Notes: generated by a model from the sequence alone, not told the origin. A DNA stretch of 64,000 nucleotides from an uncultured Pseudomonadota bacterium (GCA_903927005.1 CAIYLH010000004.1:19177-83176); one strand, 5' to 3'. Shown: positions 1 through 7,399, counted from the stretch's first letter. Made by a program: numbers and translations.

Positions 1-1329
1 GTCGCCCTCTGCGCCGACCTTCAGGTCCCGGAATTTCCGGGCCGCCGGCATCAGCCGCGTCTCGAGCGAGCCGACCGCCTCGTTGTAGGCGGTCAGTGCG
101 CCCGATAGGCCCTTGCCCATCTTGACCCAGTGTTCGGCCATCTTCTGCAGGCGTTCGTAGAGGTCCTTGCCGAGCGCAGCGATGTGGCGGGCATCATCGG
201 CGAGTGCTTCCTGGCGCCAGCTGTAGGCAACGGTACGCAGCAGCGCGATCAGCGTCGTCGGTGTGGCGAGGATCACTTTCTGGTTGATGCCGATCTCGAT
301 CAGCGACGGATCCTGCTCGAGTGCGGCGCTGTAGAAGGCTTCGCCCGGAATGAACAGGACGACGAATTCCGGAGTGTCGAGCTGCGCCCAGTAGGCCTTG
401 CCGGACAGTTTGGTGATGTGGTCGCGGATCTGTCGCGCGTGATCTGCGATCTTCGCGGCGCGTATGGTTTCGTCTGTTGCTTCAAGTGCGTCGAGGTACG
501 CCTGTAGCGGTGCCTTTGCGTCTATGACCAGGCTGCGGCCGCCCGGCAGGCGGACGAGCATGTCGGGGCGCAATGCGCCGTCCTCGGCGTCCATGTGCGT
601 CTGCTCGTCGAAGTCGACGTGCTCGATCATGCCGGCGAGTTCGACGACCCGGCGCAGTTGCAGTTCGCCCCAGCGACCGCGGACGTTAGGTCGGCGGAGC
701 GCACCGACCAGATTGCCAGTCTCGCGCTTGAGGTCCTGTTGGCCGAGGGCTAGCGAATCAACCTGGGCCAAGAGCGCGCCATAGGCGCCGGCACGGTCCC
801 GCTCTATCGCACCGATCTGGCCGAGCACCTTGTCGAGCGACTCTCGCACCGGCGCCACCAGTTCGGCGATCGACTGTTGGCGCCTCTCGAGGTCGCCCTT
901 CGCTCCCTGTTGCAGCGACTCGAATTGGACGCGCGCAAGGTCGATGAACTGCTGGTTGTTGGCTTTCAGCGTGTCGGTGGCAAGGGCCTTGAAGGTGTCG
1001 GTGAGTCGCGCCTGGGCGGTGTCAAGGAGCGCTCGCTGGTCGACCAGTGCCTTTTCCTGGGTCTCAAGGCGGGTGGCCAGCTCGCGTCTGGACTCGGCGA
1101 GCGCGCGTTGCTCCTGGCGCGCCTCGGTCAACTCTCGCTCGCGGGCGGCGAGGGCGGTTTCGGCGGACTCCTGGCGGGCGCGGCTCGCGGCGGCGGCGGC
1201 TTCGACCGCGCTGCGCTCAAGCGCCTCGCTGATGGCGAGTTTGCGGTCGCGGGCGCCCTGATACTGGCGGCCGAACACGAATCCGAGGAATCCGGCCAAC
1301 AGGCCGGCAATTAGAGCGATTGCGATCAT
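1..1329 (-). CDS. rmuC: DNA recombination protein RmuC, C-terminus cut by window edge
   Basis: Not in the ORF track because there is no stop inside the window. Manual minus-strand translation from ATG at 1329 gives [20 protein letters not shown] (TM anchor). A long A/E/R/Q-rich coiled coil follows, then RmuC core motifs [58 protein letters not shown] and [22 protein letters not shown]. The frame stays open for all 443 codons down to position 1. Confidence 0.85.
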   Translation of the reverse strand, partial: MIAIALIAGLLAGFLGFVFGRQYQGARDRKLAISEALERSAVEAAAAASRARQESAETALAARERELTEARQEQRALAESRRELATRLETQEKALVDQRALLDTAQARLTDTFKALATDTLKANNQQFIDLARVQFESLQQGAKGDLERRQQSIAELVAPVRESLDKVLGQIGAIERDRAGAYGALLAQVDSLALGQQDLKRETGNLVGALRRPNVRGRWGELQLRRVVELAGMIEHVDFDEQTHMDAEDGALRPDMLVRLPGGRSLVIDAKAPLQAYLDALEATDETIRAAKIADHARQIRDHITKLSGKAYWAQLDTPEFVVLFIPGEAFYSAALEQDPSLIEIGINQKVILATPTTLIALLRTVAYSWRQEALADDARHIAALGKDLYERLQKMAEHWVKMGKGLSGALTAYNEAVGSLETRLMPAARKFRDLKVGAEGD

Positions 1330-1438
1330 CCTGCGAGTGTACCCGCCCATCGACAGACGGGGCAGGGGCGCCCGGCTCGCTCCCTTGCTAGACTGTGGGC
1401 TCGGGCCTGTAGCTCAACGGTTAGAGCAGGGGACTCAT

Positions 1439-1716
1439 CGATCCGACCGGGTCGGAATGGTGCCTTCGTGCGGTAACGCACGAAGTGGACGGGATGAATT
1501 CAGGGAACCCTTACCGACCGCCGCAAGGCGTTCGCTGGCAACCCTGAGCCAAGCCGGCGGTACACCGCCGGAAGGTGCAGAGACTACCTGGGGGCTGGGC
1601 GTTTGCCCGAGAGCCCTTAATGACAGGCAAGAGCGTCCCGCACCCGACCGTCGCGCCCCGTGGGCGGCGAGGGTGAAGAGATAGTCCACTCCCACGGGAA
1701 ATCGTGGGGCAGAGTG
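1439..1716 (+). ncRNA. Group I self-splicing intron (Azoarcus tRNA-Ile / IC3-like), no ORF
   Basis: Begins right after anticodon U (5' exon ends CAU), which can pair with GUG at 1460-1462 as P1 with a U-G wobble. Ends in G1716 (omega-G). It carries, in Azoarcus order: a P2-like hairpin 1464-1485 CUUCGUGCG-GUAA-CGCACGAAG; UUCAGGG (1499-1505) pairing with CCCUGAG (1542-1548); CGCC-GCAA-GGCG (1519-1530); GAGCCAAGC (1546-1554); CCGGCGG-UACA-CCGCCGG (1554-1571); and GAAGGUGCAGAGACUAC (1571-1587, P7/G-binding region). Confidence 0.8.
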
Positions 1717-1742
1717 AATCCCTTGGTTCTGGGTTCGAATCC

Positions 1743-1756
1743 CAGCGGGCCCACCA
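1743..1756 (+). repeat. attL core: 14-bp direct repeat CAGCGGGCCCACCA (3' end of the tRNA)
   Basis: Identical 14-mer recurs at 7045-7058. The two copies bracket an integrase-led gene set. Confidence 0.8.
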
Positions 1757-1880
1757 AACAACCATTTCGCGACGCGTTGTAACGCCCCTCCCTTCGGGGG
1801 CAACGCGACTAATCTACTGTAAAACAAGCGAATCATGTCGTCGCTACGCACCGGCACGCTCCATTGCATCCCATAACGCG

Positions 1881-1902
1881 TGGGGGTACCTTTGGGGGTA
1901 AC
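1881..1902 (+). repeat. 22-bp repeat TGGGGGTACCTTTGGGGGTAAC (two tandem GGGGGTA half-sites), left-arm copy; candidate integrase arm-type site
   Basis: Exact 22/22 copy at 6961-6982. Located 125 bp inside attL. Confidence 0.6.
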
Positions 1903-1930
1903 ACACGGAACGGGGCCGCGCTGACGCGCA

Positions 1931-1940
1931 GTTACCCCCA
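1931..1940 (-). repeat. Inverted copy of the half-site (GTTACCCCCA = reverse complement of TGGGGGTAAC)
   Basis: Read directly. Lies between the 22-bp repeat and the integrase start codon. Confidence 0.5.
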
Positions 1941-1963
1941 ACCGAGTAACCGAGGGGTTCGCT

Positions 1964-3217
1964 GTGAGCAAGAACGCGCTAAACAAACTCACGACCGTCG
2001 CGGTGGATGCCGCCAAAGGCCGCGCCAAGCCCTACAAGCTTGCCGACGGCGGGGGCCTGTACCTGTTGGTCAACGAGGACGGGCGCCGCTACTGGCGCAT
2101 CAAGTACCGCGTAGATGGCAAGGAGAAGCTTCTCTCTCTCGGAGTCTTTCCCGAGGTGACGTTGAAGCGCGCCCGGACTCTTGCCGGCGAAGTCCGCAAG
2201 CTCAAGGCGACGGGAGCCGATCCCGCGCAGGAGCGCCAGTACGCTAAAGCGAAGCGCCGCGCTGACGCCGCCAATACGGTGGAGGCAATTGCCCGTGAGT
2301 GGGTGGCGAAGGAAGCGAAGCGCTGCGACTGGGCCGACTCTCACGGCCGCGTTGTGCTGCGCCGACTGGAGAAGGACGTATTCGGGCGGCTCGGGTCGAA
2401 GCCGATAGGCAGCGTGACGCACGCCGACTTGCTGGCCGCGCTCAAGCGGGTAGAGGAACGCGGGGCGATGGAGAGCGCCCACCGCGTGCGCCAGTATCTC
2501 GACGCGACGTTTCGTTACGCGATGGCGAAGCACTTGGTGCCCGCCAACCCGACGCCGAACCCCCAAGAGCTTGAGGTGCCTGACCGTGGCCGGTTCGCCG
2601 CGATAACCGATCCCAAAGGCGTGGGCGCTCTACTGCGGGCGATTGGCGGGTACTCGGGCTCGCACGTTGTCCGTACTGCGCTGAGGCTCGCGCCGTTGGT
2701 GTTCGTGCGGCCGGGCGAGCTGCGGGCTGCCGAATGGGCTGAGTTCGATCTCGACGCCGCTGAGTGGATGATTCCCGCCGAGCGCATGAAGATGCGCCGC
2801 CCGCACCTTGTGCCGCTCAGCGCTCAAGCTGTCGCGCTACTGCGGGAGCTTCACGACCTAACCGGCACGGGCAAGCTTGTGTTCCCGAGTGAGCGCGGAC
2901 GCGGGCGGCCGATGAGTGAGAACACGCTGAAGGCAGCGCTAGACACGCTCGGCTTCGCCGGCAAGCACACGGCGCACGGCTTCCGGCATATGGCTTCGAC
3001 GATGCTCCATGAATCGCGGAAGTTCCGCAGCGAGGTTGTCGAGCGCCAGCTCGCCCACGCCGACAAGAACACGATTCGCGCCGTCTATAACGCCGCCGAG
3101 TATCTGGAGGAGCGGCGCCAGATGCTGCAATGGTGGAGCGACCGACTGGAGACGCTCGCCGCGACCGATAACGTCGTGAGTCTGGGCAAGCGCCGGCCGG
3201 GTACGCGCAATGCCTAA
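1964..3217 (+). CDS. Tyrosine-type site-specific integrase, P4-like (DUF4102 N-terminal arm-binding domain)
   Basis: 417 aa with GTG start. N-terminus KPYKLADGGGLYLLVNEDGRRYWRIKYRVDGKEKLLSLGVFPEVTLKRAR is typical of P4-family integrases. C-terminal catalytic region has HGFRHMASTMLHE ... LAHADKNTIRAVYNAAEY. Confidence 0.9.
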   Translation: MSKNALNKLTTVAVDAAKGRAKPYKLADGGGLYLLVNEDGRRYWRIKYRVDGKEKLLSLGVFPEVTLKRARTLAGEVRKLKATGADPAQERQYAKAKRRADAANTVEAIAREWVAKEAKRCDWADSHGRVVLRRLEKDVFGRLGSKPIGSVTHADLLAALKRVEERGAMESAHRVRQYLDATFRYAMAKHLVPANPTPNPQELEVPDRGRFAAITDPKGVGALLRAIGGYSGSHVVRTALRLAPLVFVRPGELRAAEWAEFDLDAAEWMIPAERMKMRRPHLVPLSAQAVALLRELHDLTGTGKLVFPSERGRGRPMSENTLKAALDTLGFAGKHTAHGFRHMASTMLHESRKFRSEVVERQLAHADKNTIRAVYNAAEYLEERRQMLQWWSDRLETLAATDNVVSLGKRRPGTRNA

Positions 3218-3773
3218 ACCATACAAGCGCACCGCACCATCGAAAGTCTGCGTCCGCACGTTCGTTTTCAAACCCGATTCCTGGGCCGCGCTCGCTAAAT
3301 TGCTTGGCGGGCAAAGCCCGCAATGCTTGCATGCACGAAAGGGTACCGAGCGAATCCTGACACTCGCAGTAGCCCGAGAGGTCACCGAGACAAAACGCGC
3401 TCGGCCGGAGAAAAAGGGGGCTCCCGAACGCGAGGCGATACAGCTCGCTGTAAAGGAACTAATTAAGATCTTTCGTGGCTACTACCGGCCCCCCGACGCC
3501 CCGAAGCCGCGCCCCACTCCATACGCGTTGCGCCGTCTGGAAACAGCGTTTGTAAGGCGCTGTCTACTGCAAGCCAAGCTGATAGCGTCAACTGACGGCA
3601 AGGATCGCGCCCCAAGCTTGCGATGGTACTTGGAGGATTCCCGGCTATCGGGCAGCCGCGCTGAGGCGCTGGACAAGATCGCGGGGCGAGCCGATAAAGC
3701 CCTAGAAAGGATTGGTTTACCGGAGTGGCCCTCCGACGAGAACGGGGGGCCGTCCGAAAAGGAACCCGAATAG
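3210..3773 (+). CDS. Hypothetical protein (island-encoded)
   Basis: 187-aa ORF. Its ATG overlaps the integrase stop by 8 nt. No recognisable motif. Confidence 0.5.
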   Translation: MPKPYKRTAPSKVCVRTFVFKPDSWAALAKLLGGQSPQCLHARKGTERILTLAVAREVTETKRARPEKKGAPEREAIQLAVKELIKIFRGYYRPPDAPKPRPTPYALRRLETAFVRRCLLQAKLIASTDGKDRAPSLRWYLEDSRLSGSRAEALDKIAGRADKALERIGLPEWPSDENGGPSEKEPE

Positions 3774-3870
3774 GCCCGCATATCGGCGGTGTACCTTTTC
3801 CTACGCGTCTCCCGACGCACGTTCCGTAAAGCTTCGCCCACAGCCGCGCTTTGCGGTTCTGGGAGAAGCC

Positions 3871-4065
3871 ATGACAACCCGATTGATTCGACTCGCTGAG
3901 ATGCTCGCCCGCACGGGCCTGAGTCGCAGCACCCTCTATCGACTAGAAGCGGATGGAAAGTTTCCACGCCGCGTGAAGCTCGGCGCCCGCTCGGTCGCAT
4001 GGCATGAAGCGGGGTTACTCCAATGGATGGAGAGCCGCGCCGCTGCCGCGAACACCCCCAACTAG
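3871..4065 (+). CDS. alpA: AlpA-family transcriptional regulator / excisionase (prophage CP4-57-type HTH)
   Basis: Internal ATG of ORF 3712-4065 preceded by GGGAGAAGCC. Sequence is MTTRLIRLAEMLARTGLSRSTLYRLEADGKFPRRVKLGARSVAWHEAGLLQWMESR, the characteristic AlpA HTH pattern. Confidence 0.85.
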   Translation: MTTRLIRLAEMLARTGLSRSTLYRLEADGKFPRRVKLGARSVAWHEAGLLQWMESRAAAANTPN

Positions 4066-4114
4066 AAAAAGCCGCCGGTCCTGAAAGGGATACGGCGGCA
4101 TAGAGGTATTGCGT

Positions 4115-4294
4115 ATGTATTCTACAAATTCTGCACCACGATTCCCCATGATTGACACTCCTTCGTGCGGGAGTTGCGGGCTGCCGTTGCCGGATGAGAA
4201 GCAACGGCTGTGTCGGAGGTGTCATGGCTACGGAATGCTGAGAGCCGTGCTTAAGGAAGCGCTGCGCGACATTCGCGACGAGCGTCCGGAGTGA
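4115..4294 (+). CDS. Small zinc-ribbon protein (CxxC...CxxC), hypothetical
   Basis: ATG at 4115 with GAGG 8 nt upstream (the track uses TTG at 4109). Contains CGSCGLPLPDEKQRLCRRCHGYG. Its stop overlaps the next start (GTGA). Confidence 0.5.
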   Translation: MYSTNSAPRFPMIDTPSCGSCGLPLPDEKQRLCRRCHGYGMLRAVLKEALRDIRDERPE

Positions 4295-5457
4295 ACGCCG
4301 CCAACCCGCTGCTTAACCCCGGTCTCGGACTGTCGCTGTTGCGCGGCGATGAGGTGACACCCGAGCCGGTGCGCTGGCTCTGGAAGGGATGGCTCGCCAA
4401 GGGGAAGCTCCATGTTCTGGCAGGAGCCCCAGGAACTGGGAAAACTACGCTCGCCGTCAATCTTGCTGCCGTAATAACCAAAGGCGGCACATGGCCCGAC
4501 GGAACGCGAAGCCCCGTCGGAGACGTTCTTATTTGGAGTGCTGAGGATGACGTTCGAGATACGCTAATTCCGCGATTCCACGCTGCGGGCGCCGACGTAT
4601 CCCGGGTATGGTTTATTCGGCACGTTGATGTCGATAATGGCGTGCGCGACTTCGATCCCGCTTCCGATCTCTTGCTGTTAGAGGAGCGGTTGCGGGTAAT
4701 GGATAGCCCCGCGCTCTTGATAGTCGATCCCATCGTGAACGCAATTGCTGGCGACTCTCACAAGAACGGCGAGGTACGCCGTGCGCTGGCCCCGATGGTG
4801 GCGCTCGCGGAACGGCACAGCGTCGCGGTATTGGGCATTACCCACTTCAGCAAGGGAACCGCCGGCAGGGAGCCAACCGAGCGCGTAACCGGATCGGTTG
4901 CTTTCGGCGCCCTCGCCCGAATCGTAATGGTCACTGCAAAGGGTGAGCTGACAGAGGATGGCGAGGAGTCCGACAGGTTGTTCATGCGCTCGAAGTCGAA
5001 TATCGGGCATGACGACGGCGGGTATAAGTACGCGTTGGAGCAAGTCCCACTTGTCAACTATGTAGACATTGCTGCGAGCGTCGTGCGCTGGCGCGGCGTC
5101 ATGGAAGGCTCGGCAAGGGACGCGCTTGCGGCCGCTGAAGTCAGAGGCGACGAGGAGGGAGGAGGCGCGTTGCGTGAGGCGGTCGAGTTTCTTCGCGACT
5201 CTCTCGCGCATGGCTCGGTGCCGGTCAACGACCTACAGACTGCTGCACGCGCCGCCGGTCATTCGCCCAGTACCCTCCGGCGGGCGAAAGAGCGGCTCGG
5301 CGTGCGACCGTCGAAATGCGGCCGGGCGGGTGGGTGGGTATGGGCTCTCCCTGAAGATGCTCAATTGAATGGCAAGATGCCCACTCAAAATGGCATGGAC
5401 ACCTTCAGAAAGCATGGGCACCTTCGGGGCGCCGATGAGTCCGAGGCGCTGGAATGA
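4291..5457 (+). CDS. RecA-fold AAA ATPase (AAA_25 / RepA-like replicative helicase family) with C-terminal HTH-like tail
   Basis: 388 aa. Walker A is LAGAPGTGKTTLAV and Walker B is ALLIVDPI. VRWLWKGWLAKGKLHVLAG is typical of island/plasmid RepA-like ATPases. No primase (TOPRIM/zinc) domain is visible. Confidence 0.8.
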   Translation: MNAANPLLNPGLGLSLLRGDEVTPEPVRWLWKGWLAKGKLHVLAGAPGTGKTTLAVNLAAVITKGGTWPDGTRSPVGDVLIWSAEDDVRDTLIPRFHAAGADVSRVWFIRHVDVDNGVRDFDPASDLLLLEERLRVMDSPALLIVDPIVNAIAGDSHKNGEVRRALAPMVALAERHSVAVLGITHFSKGTAGREPTERVTGSVAFGALARIVMVTAKGELTEDGEESDRLFMRSKSNIGHDDGGYKYALEQVPLVNYVDIAASVVRWRGVMEGSARDALAAAEVRGDEEGGGALREAVEFLRDSLAHGSVPVNDLQTAARAAGHSPSTLRRAKERLGVRPSKCGRAGGWVWALPEDAQLNGKMPTQNGMDTFRKHGHLRGADESEALE

Positions 5458-5840
5458 GCGCCGACGACGCCCTAGCCGCGCTTGCTGCCGACGGCGCGGA
5501 GCTGCTGTTGCGGGGCGGGCGGTTGCACGCCAAGCCGCCCGGGCGCGTCAGTGAGGCGACGGCCGTGCTCATTCGCTCCCATGCCGAGGAGCTGCGGAGC
5601 CGGCTGGCCCATCCCCTCGACCTCACCGACGGCTGTGCTGCCATGTTGGCGTTGGGGCGGTGGGTAATCTGCGAGTCCTGCAACCGATTCAATGCGAGGC
5701 CCGCCCATAGGCCAGACGGCTTGTGCACGGCGCATGGTGAAACGTGGGCCCGCGCCCCTCTCCATTGCGAAACCTTCCTATCGGCTGCGCCTGATCTGAA
5801 CAGCCGAGGATCACAACGCCCGGAGGGATATGCAGCATGA
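5454..5840 (+). CDS. Hypothetical protein, N-terminal TubC_N-like segment, Cys/His-rich C-terminus
   Basis: 128 aa. ATGA overlap with the upstream gene. Contains ALAALAADGAELLLRGGRLHAKPPGRVSEATAVLIRSHAEELRSRL, then CESCNRF...CTAHG...HCE. Confidence 0.6.
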   Translation: MSADDALAALAADGAELLLRGGRLHAKPPGRVSEATAVLIRSHAEELRSRLAHPLDLTDGCAAMLALGRWVICESCNRFNARPAHRPDGLCTAHGETWARAPLHCETFLSAAPDLNSRGSQRPEGYAA

Positions 5841-6232
5841 AGTACCAGAAAGGCAGGAGCGGCAATCCACGCGGACGCCCGGCGGGGATTCAAGACAAAC
5901 GCACCGAATTGCGACGATTGTTAGAGCCACACGCGGAGGAGCTTGTGCGCAAGGCGGTAGAGCTTGCGAAGGCTGGCGACGGCGCGGCGATGCGGCTTTG
6001 CCTCGACCGGCTCATTCCGACGCTCAAGGCTCGCGACGAGCCCGCGACGGGCTTTAGCGGGGGCCCTGACGATGGGGCCAACCTAGGCCGCGCTGTCCTG
6101 CGGGCGATGGCGGCGGGTGACGTTACCCCGGACCAAGCGTCCGTGATGATGGCCGCGATATCGGCTCACTCGCGGATAGTGGAGGTGGACGAGCTGGAGC
6201 GCCGCGTTGCGGCATTAGAGAAGCCCGAGTGA
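5837..6232 (+). CDS. DUF5681-like protein (N-terminal GNPxGRPxG motif common in phage/satellite proteins)
   Basis: 131 aa beginning MKYQKGRSGNPRGRPAGIQDKRTELRRLLE. ATGA overlap with the upstream gene. Confidence 0.65.
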   Translation: MKYQKGRSGNPRGRPAGIQDKRTELRRLLEPHAEELVRKAVELAKAGDGAAMRLCLDRLIPTLKARDEPATGFSGGPDDGANLGRAVLRAMAAGDVTPDQASVMMAAISAHSRIVEVDELERRVAALEKPE

Positions 6233-6636
6233 ATAAGCAACTGGAGCGGCGAGTTGTCTCGCTGGAAGCTGCTCGCGGCGCTCGGGCGCCTAGCGGCCTG
6301 ACCGAGGTCGAGCTGATCGAGCTGCTACAGGACCGATTCGCCGCCTATGAACGCCGCGAGCTGGATCTGGCGAGGATGAGCCCTACAAGCCGCGCTGAGG
6401 CACTACGGACGGAGTTGGCAGCGCGTCGCGCCAAGTGGGCAGAGGATCTCGCCCGACCCAACACGGGCCGCCTGAGCGCCCATACGCCCGCGCTCGAAAG
6501 GCGGATGCAGCAAGAGCTGGAGCTTCGGATTCTGAAGGCAGAGGGTGAGCCGCTAGCGAGTTTGGAATTGCAGAGACGGAAGATGGATGAACTATTTAGC
6601 GGCGGCGGTTCTCGGGCACGTACTTGTGCACGCTGA
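6229..6636 (+). CDS. Hypothetical coiled-coil protein
   Basis: 135 aa. GTGA overlap with the upstream gene. Rich in R/E/L heptad-like sequence. Its 3' end overlaps the convergent lipoprotein gene by 45 nt. Confidence 0.5.
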   Translation: MNKQLERRVVSLEAARGARAPSGLTEVELIELLQDRFAAYERRELDLARMSPTSRAEALRTELAARRAKWAEDLARPNTGRLSAHTPALERRMQQELELRILKAEGEPLASLELQRRKMDELFSGGGSRARTCAR

Positions 6637-6846
6637 ATAACCGTCATGGCAGGCCGCAAGTTGGTTGTTCTGCACTATGCCGCCCGTCACGCATGACGAG
6701 TAAGCCGTTGTACATTGGCGAACGCACGCCGGCTCTTTGTCGCGTACATCAATCTCCGTGATGCTGCGCGGAGCTGCGGTGCATCCAGCAAGCGATGCTG
6801 CGACGGCGAAAATGGCGAGATGTCTCGCTGAGCAAAAGTAGGTCAT
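6592..6846 (-). CDS. Small Cys-rich lipoprotein (island cargo)
   Basis: 84 aa. Lipobox in MTYFCSARHLAIFAVAASLAGC. The mature part has 6 further Cys (CVRQC, SSC, AC, SAC, STC). Confidence 0.55.
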   Translation of the reverse strand: MTYFCSARHLAIFAVAASLAGCTAAPRSITEIDVRDKEPACVRQCTTAYSSCVTGGIVQNNQLAACHDGYSACTSTCPRTAAAK

Positions 6847-6960
6847 GTAGCCCCCTATCCCGTGGCACGCCCGATGACTGCACCGTAGCCCTGTGCCACG
6901 CTACCCGCCATTGGGCAATCGCATACGGCCGCATCTTGTCGCGAACCAGTTGTCCATCTC

Positions 6961-6982
6961 TGGGGGTACCTTTGGGGGTAAC
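6961..6982 (+). repeat. 22-bp repeat TGGGGGTACCTTTGGGGGTAAC, right-arm copy
   Basis: Exact copy of 1881-1902. Located 63 bp inside attR. Confidence 0.6.
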
Positions 6983-7044
6983 TCCAGGAATGTCATAGCA
7001 TTAACGGGTTCAAAACCAATAGGTTAAGCGCTCGTTGCGGTGGA

Positions 7045-7058
7045 CAGCGGGCCCACCA
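7045..7058 (+). repeat. attR core: CAGCGGGCCCACCA (displaced tRNA 3'-end copy)
   Basis: 14/14 identity to 1743-1756. The flanks diverge on both sides. Confidence 0.8.
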
Positions 7059-7120
7059 TAATTGCGTGCGCCGCCGAACTCGGCGGCGCGCGCAAGTCAG
7101 CGTGACGGCGTTGCCGCCGG

Positions 7121-7399
7121 TCAGTTACCGCACCATTGCCTTTCGCACGGAATGCCGTCGTGGTCGCCGTCCATCTTCACGTCCGGGCAATGCTGCAGGA
7201 AGAACGTGGCCTCGTCGCAGGAGGTCATCTGCGAGCAGGAAGTACGCCCATCGCAGGCGAAGGCTTTTTCCTCCTCCGGCGGCTGGAACCGGTCCAGGCC
7301 AACAGGCGCGGGCGTCGGCTGCGACATTGGCGGCGTGTCGTGGTGGCGCCAGAACCAGGCCGCAGTCCCTAGCGCGACGACGATTAGCAGCTTGCGCAT
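7121..7399 (-). CDS. Excalibur calcium-binding domain protein (secreted)
   Basis: 92 aa. N-terminal signal/anchor MRKLLIVVALGTAAWF. C-terminal FACDGRTSCSQMTSCDEATFFLQHCPDVKMDGDHDGIPCERQWC matches the DxDxDGxxCE Excalibur pattern. Confidence 0.8.
   Translation of the reverse strand: MRKLLIVVALGTAAWFWRHHDTPPMSQPTPAPVGLDRFQPPEEEKAFACDGRTSCSQMTSCDEATFFLQHCPDVKMDGDHDGIPCERQWCGN

Larger units (their letters stand above)
1403..1756 (+). tRNA. tRNA-Ile(CAU), lysidine/ileX-like (elongator tRNA-Met not fully excluded), interrupted by a group I intron between nt 36 and 37
   Basis: Exon 1 (1403-1438) is GGGCCTG TA GCTC AACGGTTA GAGC A GGGGA CTCAT. Exon 2 (1717-1756) is AA TCCCT TGGTT CTGGG TTCGAAT CCCAG CGGGCCC A CCA. 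Together they form a complete 76-nt cloverleaf with a 7-bp acceptor stem (one G-U), 4-bp D stem, 5-bp anticodon stem, loop CUCAUAA, 5-bp T stem and encoded CCA. G1-C72 argues against an initiator. C4-G69/C5-G68 and the UUGGU variable loop resemble E. coli ileX as I recall it. Confidence 0.85.
1757..7058. mobile_element. Integrated P4-type integrase island (about 5.3 kb), candidate minimal phage satellite / integrative element
   Basis: Sits immediately 3' of a tRNA. Contains a tyrosine integrase next to the tRNA, an AlpA-type excisionase/regulator and a RecA-fold ATPase operon. Bounded by the 14-bp direct repeat of the tRNA 3' end. The same 22-bp repeat occurs just inside both ends. Confidence 0.8.

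Noticed and set aside
1337-2028. Track ORFs lying inside or across the tRNA and intron (1337-1684 +, 1511-1765 -, 1435-2028 -), considered as a possible intron-encoded homing endonuclease
   Set aside because: No LAGLIDADG, GIY-YIG, HNH or His-Cys box motifs. The sequences are Arg/Pro/Gly-rich, as expected for random frames in GC-rich structured RNA. They cross exon-intron boundaries, and the RNA structure accounts for the whole segment.
7001-7044. GGGTTCAAAACC just left of attR, considered as a remnant T-arm of a duplicated tRNA
   Set aside because: Its spacing to the CAGCGGGCCCACCA repeat is about 30 nt too long, and no complementary stem is present. Identity with the tRNA stops exactly at the 14-mer.
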